This document shows positions 39,856 to 54,279 of a stretch of 64,000 bases of DNA, one piece after another. The stretch lies in NCBI RefSeq assembly GCF_006345805.1, contig NC_043001.1, positions 4,836,001-4,900,000 of the forward strand. Reading direction: 5' to 3'. The position numbers and the translations under genes are program-made. Position 1 is the stretch's first letter, and each line of letters opens with the position of its first letter. The notes below the pieces were generated by a model. It ran no database searches. It was not told the origin of the DNA and saw nothing but the letters and a program-made list of their open reading frames with translations. Source of the DNA: Octopus sinensis (lineage: Eukaryota).

Positions 39856-42800
39856 CAGCACTTATATGCGCAACAGTCCCTGCAGTTAAATTTAGGTATC
39901 ATTGAAAAGAGGTGCGAAAATGGACAGACACAGATTCATGAGTTGAAGGTATAAGCACATGAATGGAAAAAAGTCTTTGGTGAAGCACCTCTGGGTGCCG
40001 TAGTTGTTTAAAAGCGACTTCCTTCAAATCAAAGAGAAACACATCCTTTGAAAAGGATACACTTAAACAGGTAAAATAAATGCATTTTAGGCTTCACTAA
40101 ATGCACGCCGCCAAACATGAAACAAAGTAAAGTTACGGCAAAGAAACACAAAATAAAATTTACTATAAAACACGAATGTTGTCTCAGGGGAAAACAAATC
40201 TAAAAGAAATGAGAAATTGTTGACACACACTCATATAAAAAAAATGTGATTTTCCGTGAAAGGTAATTTACTTGATGAATGACATACAAATAAAAAGTTT
40301 CACAAAAAGGCATTGGCTTTTTTTAGACAAGCAGAAAGTGACTGTCTTCCCTACGTAGCTGTTTGCGTGTAATAATAACAAGACGTAAAGACGTGATTCG
40401 ATACAGAAGTTTCACTGGTTTGAAGGAAATATTTTACTCTAAGTAGATGTAATAATTGCATTTATTTTCTCTCTTGTATTAACTCAGATTTCTATGACTG
40501 CTCTCCTCTCTTACAATTACTCTATATTCACTGTTATGGTGGAAACCCCATTAAATTGCAAAAGAGAGACATTTGTACGTGAATTCTAGTCGGCTAAAAC
40601 AGATGAAGTTTACTAAAGATATATATTTCAACATTGTAGTAAATTACGTGCTGACAAGTATCGTCATATTTACCAAGAAATGAAGTCCTCGGCTGCATGC
40701 AACGAGTACAATGCTTCACGTGTCTTGCTAATGTACCAAATCCATGCAACGATAATGCATTCGTAAGATATGAAATGTGATATAAACCTTCAGATGTATA
40801 TTCTTTATGCATCTAAGAAACGTGTTGTTTATATATTAGTATTATTTCATTCTCATTTTCACCAAATTTGCTTTCCTTTTAGCAATGTTATTTTATATAT
40901 ATTCAAATCTTATCTGTCTCGTACTGGCAACATTTTCCAACAATTTCATGTTTAAACTGAAGTGAAGTCATTCTTAACTTTAGTTCTGTTGAAATGTATT
41001 AGAGAAAATTTACTTGCACTCAAATACTCCATTGAGATACAACCTTACGATAATTCATATCCTGTCTTACAACACTTACTTTGAAAGCAACATATAATAC
41101 ACCACTTGTGTCAGATTTGCCTTTCATCTTTTCGGTGAGGTTGATGAAATAAGAACCAGTTTAACATTGGAGTTGTTATGAACAAATGAAATTCGCTATG
41201 GAGTTGTGAAATCTTCCCTGTTTAAAAGTGTGTGATGGTACGCACATTTTTAACGTGTTGTGTGTCACTCTTAGTAGATATATTTTAATCTTGTCATATC
41301 CATATCGGACATTTAAGGATGCTTCTCACATGAATAACAGACGATGACCCATTTGCAGCGAAAATACACCTGTAGTATGTTTTCGGTATTGAAATAAGGC
41401 CATTTAAAATAAGACGGTGATTGTTAGATCTAAGTGGATCTTAGATTGCAACATAATTTAAAAATTCAATATGAGGCCTACTCTTTAGCGCATGTGACCA
41501 GAAAAAGAAATTGATGTGTTGCTTCCCATGAAACTTCTAAATTTTTAATTCTCCACAGGCGGGCGAGTTGAAATTATCCTTGTATTTTTGCACACAATCG
41601 AAAATATATTACTTGAAGAATGCAATATTGAAATCAGATTCCACGAGAGTTAGAAATATAAGCTTATATTATCAGATGTGTCTCTATAATACTATTGATG
41701 ATTACAGAGATAAAAACATTGTTTAATTTGAATTAAAAGTTTCACTTTATAGATATGTGCAGGATTTTCGAATGAGATAGTGTTTGATAAGAAAGTGTAG
41801 AAGAATGTACAATTCTTATGAGTGGAGAACATCGGAAACGCCGCGAAGATTTTTATGCTTTATATAACATTATATGTAGCTTAATCATGTCCGTAGTTCG
41901 TTTATATCATCAAGTCTTCTTCAAAGAAATAGGAAAAAAAAGTTGTTTAGAGATCTACCATGTTATTATATACGAGATTTTCCTTTTCACTGTGCATTCC
42001 GAATATTATCATATCGGGAAACCAGACAATTGTGGAACATTGCAGTATGAAAACGATGGAAGAAGACCCCTAAGGATGACCGTTAAGACGAGAGGATGAG
42101 ACCATATACAATTCGCTCCAAAAGAATGGGAGGAATCATGATTAAACGAGTGATACATAAGAACACCTAAATATTTGGTCAGAAAAATTGGAACAGAGGT
42201 GTATTTATATTTATATTTTGTGATTTCCACAAAATTATTTAGTTGTACTCTCGTACGGCCGTATAAAATCTTTATACTTTCTGTTAGTGGTAATGCGATA
42301 TTTATTAAGCATATTTTGTGAGTTTCTTAGTTAAATACACTTTCTCTCCTACGACTCCAAACACATTCATATTCGTGATGTATGAAACATAAATTTTCAC
42401 TAAGATTAATAAGGAAATGCATTGTCTTCAATTCGGATTATCATTTATCCGATAAGTCCCTGATTATTGGATATCAAAATATATTTCTAATCACCATTTC
42501 TAATACGATAGCTAACCTGACCCGAACCTTTACATTAGCATTATAGGAACACATAATTTCGGCTACATTCATAACAAATATCCTTTAATTCGTTAATAGT
42601 GAACTTAACTCTTCCACCTTTATGAATACCTAATAGGCCCAGAGTAAGAATTTATGATCCTTGTAGCGTGCTAATTGTAAAAGACGTTTAATGTCTAATG
42701 GAATGTCTTCGACGCAATCCTTTCGGCAATAGTTGTAATTAAACTGCAAAATATAGGAATTACCGCTCATAAGTCCATAAAACTATCAATATTTTCCTCT

Positions 42801-43021
42801 TTTATTTCCTCACATCAAGCAGGACAACAGTTAATGGAGGTTAGAAGACACTGGAAAACGCAACAACATATGCAAGATTACATGAAATGCTTGTGCAATA
42901 ATTAAAAAGAAAATGTATATCCATCATTAACTTGAGGCTTATTAATTATCTTCTCATTATTATCAGTTACGCTTTCTCTTTCTCATCTTCATCATCAAGA
43001 CTTTACTTATTGCACTCGATA

Positions 43022-43385
43022 AAAGCTGCGAGCTGGCAGAAACGTTAGCACGCCGGACAAAAGGCTTAGCGGTATTTCGTCTGCCGCTACGTTCTGAGTT
43101 CAAATTTTGCCGAGGTCGACTTTGCCTTTCATCCTTTCGGGGTCGATTAAATAAGTACCAGTTACGCACTGGAGTCGATATAATCGACTTAATCCGATTG
43201 TCTGTCCTTGTTTGTCCTCTCTGTGTTTAGCCCCTTGTGGATAGTAAAGAAATAGGTATTTCGTCTACTGCTAAGTTCTGAGTTCAAATTCCACCGTGGT
43301 CCACTATACCTTTCACCCTTTCGGGACCGATAAGTACCAGTCATATGTTGGGGTCGATGTAATCGACTATGGCCTCCACTCAAAT
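43022..43385 (+). mobile_element. SINE family D followed by a tandem partial second copy
   Basis: gcgagctggcagaaacgttagcacgccgg..gttcaaat..gaggtcgactttgcctttcatcctttcggggtcgat..agtaccag. The centre resembles the MetaSINE domain as I recall it (unverified). Confidence 0.9.
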
Positions 43386-44123
43386 TCCAAGCTGTTGCTG
43401 ATAACAGAAAAGAGTATTGTTGCAGATGATAGAATCATGCAATTTATATTAGCAGCAACATGAGCGCGCCTGCAGATCGTCGGCACAACGGGCAACAAAC
43501 CCAGCGGCATTTTGTGCTTCATCGACGTGGACTTTGCCGATCCCTATTTCTGGGGTATAAAATAAGTACTAGTTGAAAACATGGATCGCTCTCCCCTTCC
43601 GTGAAATTACTGGTCTTGTGACATTTTTTGAAATCGATATTATCAGATACAAGTGTGGTAAACTAAAATATCGGAACGTCAAGGAAAATGGTTTGTGCAT
43701 TTGTTCTATAATTTTGGGATAAAGTTACAAATCTATGCAGTGTGAAATTTACATTCTATACTTTTTGGAGCGATAAATCGCTGGTGTTCCTAATATCAAT
43801 TACTCCTTCCTCTTAGGACGGATACAATGTGGAGTCATATGGACGTTGAACTCGTGACCTTCTGTATTCATTACATTTTTCGATTACAGTTGAGAGAGGA
43901 TTATTACGCTCTTCACCAAGGAAAGCTTTTAAAATTTACGAAGACTAATCATCATTTGCTTCAATAATTGAAAGGTATCTCACAATTTAAGGGGCTTGGT
44001 AACTGCCTACAAATTGATCCTTGCCCGAATGTGTAGCCCATGTTCCACGAAAATTAGGTAATTGCCAAGTGAGAAAACCCTTCGGGCGTGTAATAAATAT
44101 GTATACATATGTATATATATACA

Positions 44124-44615
44124 TAACCCTAAATCTAAAATAGATTGAAATGCAATAGATCGATACTAGGGTTACTATTATGGGTGACATTTTCATTTAA
44201 CACCGCTAGAAAAAAATCCCATTTTCCGTAGCAGTGTCGTATGAAATTGTCGCCCATAATTATAACCCTAGTATCGATCTATTGCATTTCAATCTATTTT
44301 AGAGTTAGGTTTAGGGTTTGGGTTAGGGGTGGGGGAAGGGTATGTTTTTTTCTTCGCAAATGTAAATAAATCCAATCTCTTTCTTAAACGAGGGACATAT
44401 TCATACAGCACGGAATGTTTTCAACCCAAATGGAGGTCAGCGATTGGTTAAAATTGCCGAAATGCTGCAAATTTCAGACGAAATATCTTACAAACTAAAG
44501 CATTTTCTCAATAAAGCCAAGGAGAAAAGATGTTTTATAAACACATTCTACCAGTATACGAAGTTTAAAAGTGTTTAGTTAACTAGAAATTGTGCCGTTC
44601 AAAAGGAAAAGATCC
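44124..44615. mobile_element. MITE-like element with telomere-like TTAGGG variants and a ~92-bp fold-back
   Basis: 44124-44217 is an inverted copy of 44221-44312; ttagggtttgggttagggg follows. The end tgccgttcaaaaggaaaagatcc may be a TIR (recalled consensus). Confidence 0.55.
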
Positions 44616-44835
44616 CGATGTAATCGACTTAATCCGTTTGTCTCTCCTTGTTTGTCCCGTCTGTGTTTAGCCCCTTGTGGGTAGTAAAGAAATATATATA
44701 TATGTATTATATATAGAACAATGACCCAGTGGTTATTTAATTATAAAACAATAGTATTACTTGTAAAATAGAATAGAAAAATATGGAAAAAGACAAGACA
44801 AACATTTTATAAATAAAATACTTAGAACTTTCGTG

Positions 44836-45232
44836 GGATCGCGGTTTCGATTCCCAGTCCGGGCTTTATGAATGTTTATTGAGCGAAAACACCTAAAGCT
44901 CCACGAGAGGGTGGTGGTGAACCCTGCTGTACTCTCTCACCACAATTTTCTCTCACTCTTTCTTCCTGTTTCTATTGTACCTGTATTTCAAAGGGCCAGC
45001 CTTGTCACGCTGAATCTCCCTGAGGACAACGTTAAAGTAAATTTGCTACGACATCACTGGTGCCAAGCTGTCTCGGCCTTTCCCTTTCGCTTGGATAACA
45101 TCAGTGGCGAGGAGAGGGGTGGCTGGTATGCATGGGCGGCAGCTGTTCTATAAACAAACTTGCCCAGATTTCTGCCTCGGAGGGTAACTTTCTAGGTGTA
45201 ATCCCATGGTCATTCATGGCCGAAGGGGGTCA
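44836..45232 (+). mobile_element. Chimeric SINE: family B head and body joined to family A tail
   Basis: 44836-45035 aligns to ~24025-24240; 45047-45230 aligns to ~1030-1200. Confidence 0.75.
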
Positions 45233-46703
45233 CAACAATAAAAGATAAACATGCAGGGTACCGCACGAGTGGAAATATATAGGAAAGTGGGTTTGAAAAT
45301 GTAGAGTTCTTTTAAAGTTGTTTATTGACTTGAGCGGTTTCACTTTTTTTAAAAAGATTATCAAAAGTAAAACGTAAAGCTTTTCAAACATTCTTTCCCA
45401 TATATATATATATAAGCATTTAAAAAAAACCTACTATAAAATACTATAAAATCATTCAAAAAAATTTTGAATATATATAACTTACCTGTTATTAATTTGT
45501 GGGTAAAGAAGATATTTTTAATCAACGCTACACGTGTTTCTGGCTATTTCTCTTATTGTTATTATTATTAACGGATCAAATTTAAAGAGGCATAAGTCAT
45601 ATTAAATAGAAAAATAAGAATATGAATAAAATATAATAGAAATACAAAACTACAAATATATTTAAAAATTTTAAAAGTTTATAAAAGTAACCACCTAAAA
45701 CTACAACACCGATATATATAGAAAATTCTAAAGTTAAGGAAACCATCAACGACAATTTTATAAACACATAAAATCCTACAATCTATATAAACTTTACTGG
45801 AATTAATAATTACCCCTCCGTATACAAGAATAAATTACCATATTTTTTGTCAAACATAAGTTAATAGTATTTAAAAAGAGTATTGAGTAAAAACCACAAT
45901 ATATTTTATATATTTATTCATAAAAAACTAGTAAAAAAATCAACAAAGGAAAAATAGTTATCGATATAACGTTTGCTAATTCACGCTCCTGTGTAAATAG
46001 CTGCTCTCTCTGTCGTGCGCTAAGTATAATGAGACTAGCATACATAAAATAAAACACTCTGAAAAATTCTCTAAGACTAATAAGAGAAATTGAAATCAAA
46101 GGGAAGTAATAACTAAAGATATGTTATTCTCTTAAATCTAGTTGTAACTGGATTTGGTTTATAGCGTAGGGATTTGTTAGATTCAATGTAGCCTGTCTAT
46201 TCCTTTAAAGGTAATATTCTTTAATGAATTCTTGGCTCCTGGTATTTCCGTATCTAATACTGCTATAAAATTCTACTATAACTATATTTAACTATCTTCC
46301 TCATCATTGCTCAAGAGATTACATCATATTATAAATGATACTGTTTGCATTGCATTAGTAAAGTGTAAACTAGTAAATGTCCTGATAACCTGGAATACGT
46401 ATTATTCCCGAAGATTTAAAAAATATGTATGTGTGTGTGCCTGTGTGCGTCTATACATACATATGTGTGTGTGTGTGTAAGTATGTGTCTATGTGTGTGT
46501 GTACGTATTTGTGCATGTATGCATATACCTGTAACATAACACACAGGAAGTCAGAAAAGATTATATGATATTTCAATGCGAAGCAGTTCATATCATTAGA
46601 CATTATACGCATATAACTAACAGTATTATGCTTTTAATGCTCATGAACTAATATGAGTGATCACCATTTTTCTGTTCTTCAGTGCTAAAAGTAAACTACT
46701 TAC

Positions 46704-46794
46704 ATGAGAACTGCAGAAGCACAATAAATGTTATCAATGAAAGTATATATTGCAGTGGCGAAACTGATATCACATTTTGCATTATGTAATTTCT
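46704..46794 (-). CDS. Candidate host exon (91 nt), possibly encoding a signal peptide
   Basis: Branch-like ctaat, pyrimidine-rich tttctttgcatattcAG acceptor and GTAAGT donor. One frame reads MQNVISVSPLQYILSLITFIVLLQFS ending in phase 1; a second frame is also open. No homology support. Confidence 0.3.
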
Positions 46795-47552
46795 CTGAAT
46801 ATGCAAAGAAATTAACTTAAAATTGCAATTAGTATGAAGAGAAATATGTATTTAGTTATTGCAATGAATTGAAAACTGTTAGGTCGAGCAATTACGAATC
46901 GGAACTTGTTGCTTTTGTATGACATGCAGCTGAATGGTATCCAAGTGTGCAGCGTCCATTAATATAAGTATGATTGCTTGAATAATGATAGGTATTCTCT
47001 AATTGATTCGGTTTATTCTATCAAGTTTCGATTTTATGATTCAATGATTGTTAATTAAAACTGGAGCATTGCCATTCGGGCAGAGCGTTTGTTTGTGAAA
47101 AAGAAAAGATTTTGTCGTTGCTTTAATATTCACTCCGAGAATTGCAGATACATGGAGATATCTATTTGGTGCCAATGAGTATTGAACGGTCAGAGAAGAC
47201 CAGAGTGACACATTTTATGTTAGTTTTCTACAGGCTGAACGATTTCTAGTGGATATCAATTACATATACAGTTCAGTAACTTCACTTCTGTCTCCACAAT
47301 TATCTTTACCTGTTTTTATTAATAACATGCATAGCAATTTAATTTCACAATCAGTAGTAAATCTAGCAACACTTTGATGAGAATACCCTGAAGAAAGTCA
47401 TTGCTGTAATAATACATCATTAAATAACTTTCTCCCGTTTATGTCTTTCCACCCGAGTTGTATAAATGTTGCATGAATTTATTTTCGGAATATACAATAC
47501 ACAATGTAAGGTGACGTGGTTTAAACTACTGTTGTATTTGAAAGCTTAGTGT

Positions 47553-47586
<34 letters not shown>

Positions 47587-47590
47587 CTTT

Positions 47591-47950
47591 TAATGCGGCC
47601 ATGCTGAAGCACCGACTTTAATCGAGCAACTCGACCCCAGTACTTATTCTATCGGTCTCTTTTGCCGAACCGCTAGATAACGGGGACATAAACACACTAG
47701 CATCGGTTGTCTAGCAATGCTAGGGGGACAAACACAGACGCACATACACACACACAAGCACATATATATATATATATACATATATATAGCGGGCTTCTTT
47801 CAGTTTCCGTCTACCAAATCCACTCACAAGGCTTTGGTCGGCCCGAGGCTATAGCAGAAGGCACTTGCCCAAGGTGCCCCCCCCCCCCGTGGGATTGAAC
47901 CCGGAACCATGTGGTTGGTAAACAAGCTACTTACCACACAGGCACTCCTA
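47591..47950 (-). mobile_element. SINE family C
   Basis: Reverse complement of 37196-37570. Confidence 0.9.
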
Positions 47951-48200
47951 CTTTGATCTTTGATATGTTTCCGTCACCTTTGGCCCAGGCCATGTCTTAC
48001 TTAATAGCACCACCTGGTGAGGTAATTCAAATCAGGAATCGAACATGAACCACTCTAGCTATTGTTAACGGAGACATATCTGGGTTTAGGAGGTTTATAC
48101 GGTATGTCTTGAAAAAGACATCTTGAACTTTGTGGGATATATTTCACCTTTAATTTTGTGCCGTATTGTTGTTGGATGCTATGAGAATTTAACCTGAGGG
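47951..48200 (-). mobile_element. Diverged CR1/L2-group LINE 3' end
   Basis: caggccatgtcttacttaatagcaccacctg matches 3094-3124. The minus strand encodes ..FQDIPYKPPKPRYVS, similar to FLQRIPDKPPIIGYNS. Confidence 0.7.
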
Positions 48201-48845
48201 AAGGAAGCATGGGAGTTTCAAGGAATCACTTTTTTCCAAAGTGGATTATCTCAATTCCCGAGTATTGCTCACCTGTGGGTTTATGTCGAACACCTACTGT
48301 CACATGTAGGACAGATCCAGCTAGCATCTGAACTCATCGTGAGGATTGCCCCACCGCCCCTCTTTTGGCCGGATGGGTCAGGCAATTTTTATTTGTCTAG
48401 TGGTTGTAGCGAGAGAGGTAGTGTGGTGGGCTCGTTTCAAAGTGCTTAAAATAGAGACTTTCCTCTTTGGCCAAGCCCTCATCAGCCGTTACAAGTTTCA
48501 CTTGAAAAGGAAGGTGAGGGTGGAGCGGGATGTGTTGTCTCGTAGCAAGTTGAAAGGTAGGTGAATGTTGGAAGAATGGCCTGTATGAAAGGATCAATTC
48601 TGGGTGTACACCTGTAATAAAAGGGAAGGGCTCGTGTCCTCTTGTAAAGGCACCCGTGGCTTTTGTGTCTTTTTCCTGCGAGAACCTTAAAGCACTTCCG
48701 GTACCGGGAGTTTTAATTTGTTCAATTTTTTCTTATTACATTATGTATACGCGAAATCCCATTGTACAGACCTGTTTTGTCTTTAATGTAGTTGCATGTC
48801 TTTTAATGTTACTTTATTTGAGCCCTTGTGGCGAATGAAAAATAA

Positions 48846-48904
<59 letters not shown>

Positions 48905-48908
48905 CATT

Positions 48909-49288
48909 CAGTAGTCTTGTTTTCACGTGCTTTCACTGCAATAACGAATGCAGCTCTGTGCGCCTTAAGGATACTGTGATGTTCTTTAGATTACTCTATA
49001 GGATGTATGCAGCGCCTAGTAGTGCAATTTTCTGTATGTCATATATATGTTTGTTAATCCTCGTCTTTTTGATATGTATTTGTCTAAATATTTTTTATCA
49101 TACCTAATGCGCTCACTATGATAGGAGTTTTCTTCTGTTTTTAGATTCCACATTCAACTTACCTCTATTTCCAGGTCTTTGCATTTTGAAAGTTTCTCCA
49201 TTTCTTTTAGAGAAAGTTTATCATCTGTTCGCATTGATACATCAATTGGGAAGCCTTTTTGCTCCAAGATCTCTGACAAGTATATCGT
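48909..49288 (-). mobile_element. R4/Dong subfamily B 3' fragment, minus strand, ending in (ATT)n
   Basis: Reverse complement of the 7380-7786 type sequence (tttgcattttgaaagtttctccatttcttttagaga; gcagctctgtgcgcctt). Confidence 0.85.
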
Positions 49289-49632
49289 TTATTATTATTA
49301 TTGTTGTTGTTGTTGTCGTTGCTATTATTTCCATTTATTATTAAAAAGTGTTATTAAATGTTGTTTAGTTTCAACCCTTATACTCGAGATAATCATAGAT
49401 ATGTGAGATTTGAAGGGAATAGAAGGAGGAAGAGAAGCAGCTTGGCGAATAAACACTAATCTACAGATGGTGATGAGATTAGCAATGGGCATTGCTATGC
49501 AAGCAATGAGGTGAGAAAAACACCTCACACGTTTGGCGGCAACAGAGGTCTGATCTGTTTACTAGCGCTGATCTTGATCTTGAAAAGAACCAATTCACCT
49601 TGTTTTATTTTTAATTACTGATAGAAAATATA

Positions 49633-49669
<37 letters not shown>

Positions 49670-49717
49670 TGTTCAAATCATTAATAAACATTATTTATGT
49701 CTTTATTATTTATGTTT

Positions 49718-49938
49718 TTATTGCCCACAAGGGGCTAAACATAGACGGGACAAACAAGGACAGACAAAGGGATTAATTCGATTGCATTGACCCCAGTACA
49801 TAACTAGTACTTATTTAATCTACCCCGAAAGGATGAAAGGCAAATTCGACCTCGGCAGAATTTGAACTCAGAACGTAACAGCAGAAGAAGTACCGCTAAG
49901 CATTTCGCCCGGCGTGCCAACGTTTCTGCCAGCTCGCC
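49718..49938 (-). mobile_element. SINE family D
   Basis: Reverse complement of 43022-43255. Confidence 0.9.
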
Positions 49939-50299
49939 TAATTATTATTATTTATCTAATATATTCAACGACGACAGATGACGATAGAGGGAGGAACATG
50001 TTGTTGAGAGGAAAATAAGTTGGGATTGAGATAGGGAGGTGGACCACATCTGAATTATTTTTTTCTGATTCGTTCATCCTATGATGTTTTGCCATCACTT
50101 ACAAATCTAGTAAAATGGAACGTCTCAGAGAACGTGCTCCAAAATCTATCCACAAACATAGAAAACAAAGACATCGCATGGAGGCAAAAATTAACTGACA
50201 AAGGATTGGACTATATCCGAGTAAGTAATACCCATTGAAATTTATTACTCTTTTCCAAACGAGATTATGTATTTTAACTTGATATCATCTCCACCTCTA

Positions 50300-53271
50300 A
50301 CACAACACATGTAAACATGCGTGATAAATTACGATCCATCAACACCAGATCATCTCCGGCCCCAGACATCATGTACAAAAAAACTACGAAGAAATTAAAT
50401 AACACCGATATTATTCAACCCAAAAATAACAACCGGGAAGTGCGTACTTTAAACTTACAACATAAAATGTACGAAAAACTACACGTGCAAAACAATGTGA
50501 CAACAGAAATGAACGGACCGGTACCCTACGAAAATGACGACAATCAAAAATTGGGCCGGACGTTGTTCGTCATGTCCCTCAAATAAAACCCAAAAGATAT
50601 AAATGGACACGTGAGGATACACTTCTATCAGACACGCTTACTTTACAGTAGTGCTCTACCCAAAGAATGAAAACACAACTACAAATACATATAAAATATG
50701 GAAGGAAAATAACATAAATATAGACTTGGATACAGCAATGAACCCTAATAAACTAGCTAAAGTACGCAGATATATTCTCAACGCCAAAAAACTATCAGAA
50801 ATAGAAATATAACATTTAAAAGAAAAATACATCAGGAAAATGTAGATAGAAGCCACACATCAATGTCCAATAATATAAACACTGAAACAGTAAAACAAGA
50901 AGACAAACGTAACATTTTCAACAAAAACGATATAAACAAAAAACAACAAACCCAGACCGTAAGGATGCATAATAATACACGACAAACAGCAATCCAAAAC
51001 ACGACAAACAAACATACAAATGAGAAAGAAAGCGACACAAATCTAAAACCTGAATGGCTCACCAAGGGGAAAACCATCTTAATTCCCAAATCAAATGAAA
51101 CAACAAAACCAGAAAACTACAGACTTATAACCTGTCTCCCTACAATGTACAAAGCATGTACTGCAGTAATATCACAAACATTAAACAAGCACCAAGACGA
51201 AAACATCCTGTTTCCAGAAGAGCAGAAAGGATGCCGCAAAGGCTCATACGGCTGTAAAGATCAACTAATGATCAATAAAGCCATAACTGAAGACAGCCAC
51301 AGAAAGAAGAAAGGCCTCAGTATGGCATAGATCGACTACAGAAAGGCGTTTGATAGCATCCCAAACACATGGTTCCTCGAAACACTAGCCATTAACAAAG
51401 TAGCACCAACAATTATAAAATACATAAGACACTCTATGAATAAATGGCAAACAGTGCTACACCTCCAAACAAAAGGGGGACTCATGAAAACCAAAGCCAT
51501 CCCCATTAGAACCGGAATATTCCTGGGAGACACGCTCTCTCCACTCCTTTTCTGCTTGGTACTGTCACCTCTATTTGATATGCTAAATAGAACTGGATGC
51601 GGACATAAATGTTACGGCAAAACGATCAGCCACCTTTTATATATGGATGACCTAAAACTATACGCTGCAAATGACAAACAGCTGGAAACACTATTAAAGA
51701 CAGTTCATGGATTTACCAAAGAAATAGATATGGAATTTGGATTAGAAAAGTGCGCCAATGTAACCCTGAAAAGAGGAAAACTAGTTTAGAGTAGCAAAAT
51801 CACACAAGATAAAACCAATGAAATAAAAGAATTAGACCAAAGCCCAACTTACAAATACTTAGGAATCCATGAACTAGATAAGACACAACACACACAAATG
51901 AAAGAGAAAATAAAAAAATAATATTATAGACGAGTTAGATCAATACTGAAAACAGAGCTCAATGCTAAAAACAAGATATTATGTATAAACACGTTAGCTG
52001 ACCCAGTTATAAGTTACAGCTACAATATCCTTAACTGGACACTAAATGAACTGACCAAAATAGATAGGAAAACAAGAAAAATAATGACAGCATCTAGGAT
52101 ACATCACCCAAAATCTGACATAGAAAGACTATATATACAACGTATAGAAGGTGTTAGAGGCCTTATACAGTTGGAAAACTACTATAAAATAACCACCATA
52201 GGACTGCAAAATATGTACTTCAGAAGAAAGGAAAACTGATACAAATAGCGGCAAAACACGAGCAAAACAAATAACTGTTCTCAGTATTTAAGGAAACTGA
52301 CAAATACAAACACGAAATCATCACACCTAACAAATATGAAGAAGAAAAAAAATGAAGAAACAACAAAAGCTATAAAACAAATGAAATCCAAACTAAAAAT
52401 AGAACAGCAACGAACCATGATAAAACGATGGCAAGAAAAGCCCCTTCATGGTAAATACTGGACTAAACTAAATGCAAAAGAAATAGACAAAGAAAAATCC
52501 CAGCAATGGTTGAGAAGCTCAGGACTCAAAGCAGAGACAGGGATTTTTAATTGCAGCACAAGACCAAAGCTTTCCACCAGAAGTTATCAAAAACATGTAA
52601 TGAAAAGAAAGATAATAAGTAAATGCAGAATGCGTGGAAATGGACAAGAAACAATAAATCATATTATCTCTGGCTGCCCAGTCCTGGCTAAGAAGGAATA
52701 TATTCACAGACATGACAGAGTTGGGACCTACATAGACTGGAAGCTATGCCAACATTATGGAATAACAACAGAGAAAAGATGGTATAGGCACACACCAGAA
52801 AAGGTCACAGAAAACGAGAAAGCAATCATACTCTGGGATATGCCGATACACCCAGATTAAGGCCAACAGACAAGATATAGTTGTCAGTGATCATGAAGAA
52901 AAAAAATGCTTTTTAATTCATGTATCAATACCAGCAGCTGACAACGTGTCTCTAAAAGACATGGAGAAACTTTCAAAATACAAAGACCTGGAAATAGAGG
53001 TAACCAGAATGTGGAATCTAAAAACAGAAACAATTCCAATCATAGTAGATACGATAAAAAATATATTTAGACAAATACATAACAAAAACCCCAGGACTTA
53101 CAAACATATATGACATACTGAAAATTGCACTAATAGGCACTGCACACATCCTACTCAGAACACTTTCCATACAATAACCATCAGAGCATCACAACAAATC
53201 ACAGCACATACCCAAGGCACTCAGAACTCTGCTCGGTAGTGAAGTGAGAGCACGGTATAAAAATGAAACTA

Positions 53272-53274
<3 letters not shown>
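50300..53274 (+). mobile_element. R4/Dong subfamily B, long degraded copy with a large internal deletion
   Basis: N-terminal KWTRED..NKLAKVRR block (~50601-50810) lies only ~240 bp before PEWLTKGKTILIPK/NYRLITCL, then HLLYMDDLKLY, SGCPVLAK..HD and the REL tail. Many stops and frameshifts; ends in (AAT)n 53275-53403. 5' limit uncertain. Confidence 0.9.
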
Positions 53275-53349
<75 letters not shown>

Positions 53350-54279
53350 TAATAATAATAATAATAATAACAATAATAATGATAATAATAATAATAATAA
53401 TAATTTTTTTTTCTTCTTTCTAAAAACATCACGCTTTTCTTTTTTTCTTTTTTCTTTTTGTGGACTTACAAAACCCTAAAACTTTCTATGAAAATTTGAC
53501 TTTTCTTTGCTTCCTCCCTGAATATTCAAATATGAATGTAAACATATACTTTTTATTGTTAAAACATACCTGTTCTTCTAACTGGACATACAAACATCTC
53601 TAGAAAAGTCAACTTCAACCTCCACAATATTACCTTACAGGAAATATACAAACACATTTTATTGCAATAACACAAACGCACGTGGAAAAAAAAAATGATG
53701 ATGCTACGATTCTCTCTGGTCGAACACAACTTCTCTATTCACAAACAATACAGAACAGCCCTTCCTTAATTTTTCTTAAGCCTAATAGTAGTAAACATCT
53801 GAACTTTTTTTGACCGATAGGACCACACCTAAAGAAAAAAAAATAATAAAAAAAAAAAATAAATAAATTTTTAAAAATCACTGATGGTGATGATGATAAT
53901 AATGATAGTAATAGTGCTGATAATCTATATATCTATCTATCTACACACACACACACACACTCAAAGAGTTCAACCAACACAAGGAAAGTAGTATTTGACA
54001 GGCAAGAACTCTGGTGTTGAAGACAGTCAGCCAGCCAACCACCAAGCCAGCCAACGAGACAGACAGACACTACTGTGATGGTGATAATGATAAAAAAACA
54101 AAAATAACAATAAAAATAAAAATAACAATAATAAGATACTGCTGTGACTACACATAAAACAATATCATTGATGATGATGGTGGTGATGGTGATGGTGATG
54201 ATGATAATGATGATGGTAATGGTGGTGATAATGATGATAGTGATTGTAATGGTGATGATAATAACAATAATAAACCGAC

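Noticed and set aside
40640-40762. Plus-strand exon candidate (AG..GTAAGA; Cys-rich alternative frame VQCFTCLANVPNPCNDNAF)
   Set aside because: The frame that is open from the acceptor is not the Cys-rich one, there is no homology, and it conflicts with the minus-strand candidates.
45500-45560. Minus-strand GAAACACGTGTA half-hammerhead and a possible PLE relic up to 46330
   Set aside because: CUGANGA is absent, and the protein similarity is too decayed to support.
48200-48760. Possible APE endonuclease remnant (KRGGGAIL) attached to the CR1 end
   Set aside because: Only one short motif; the rest does not align.
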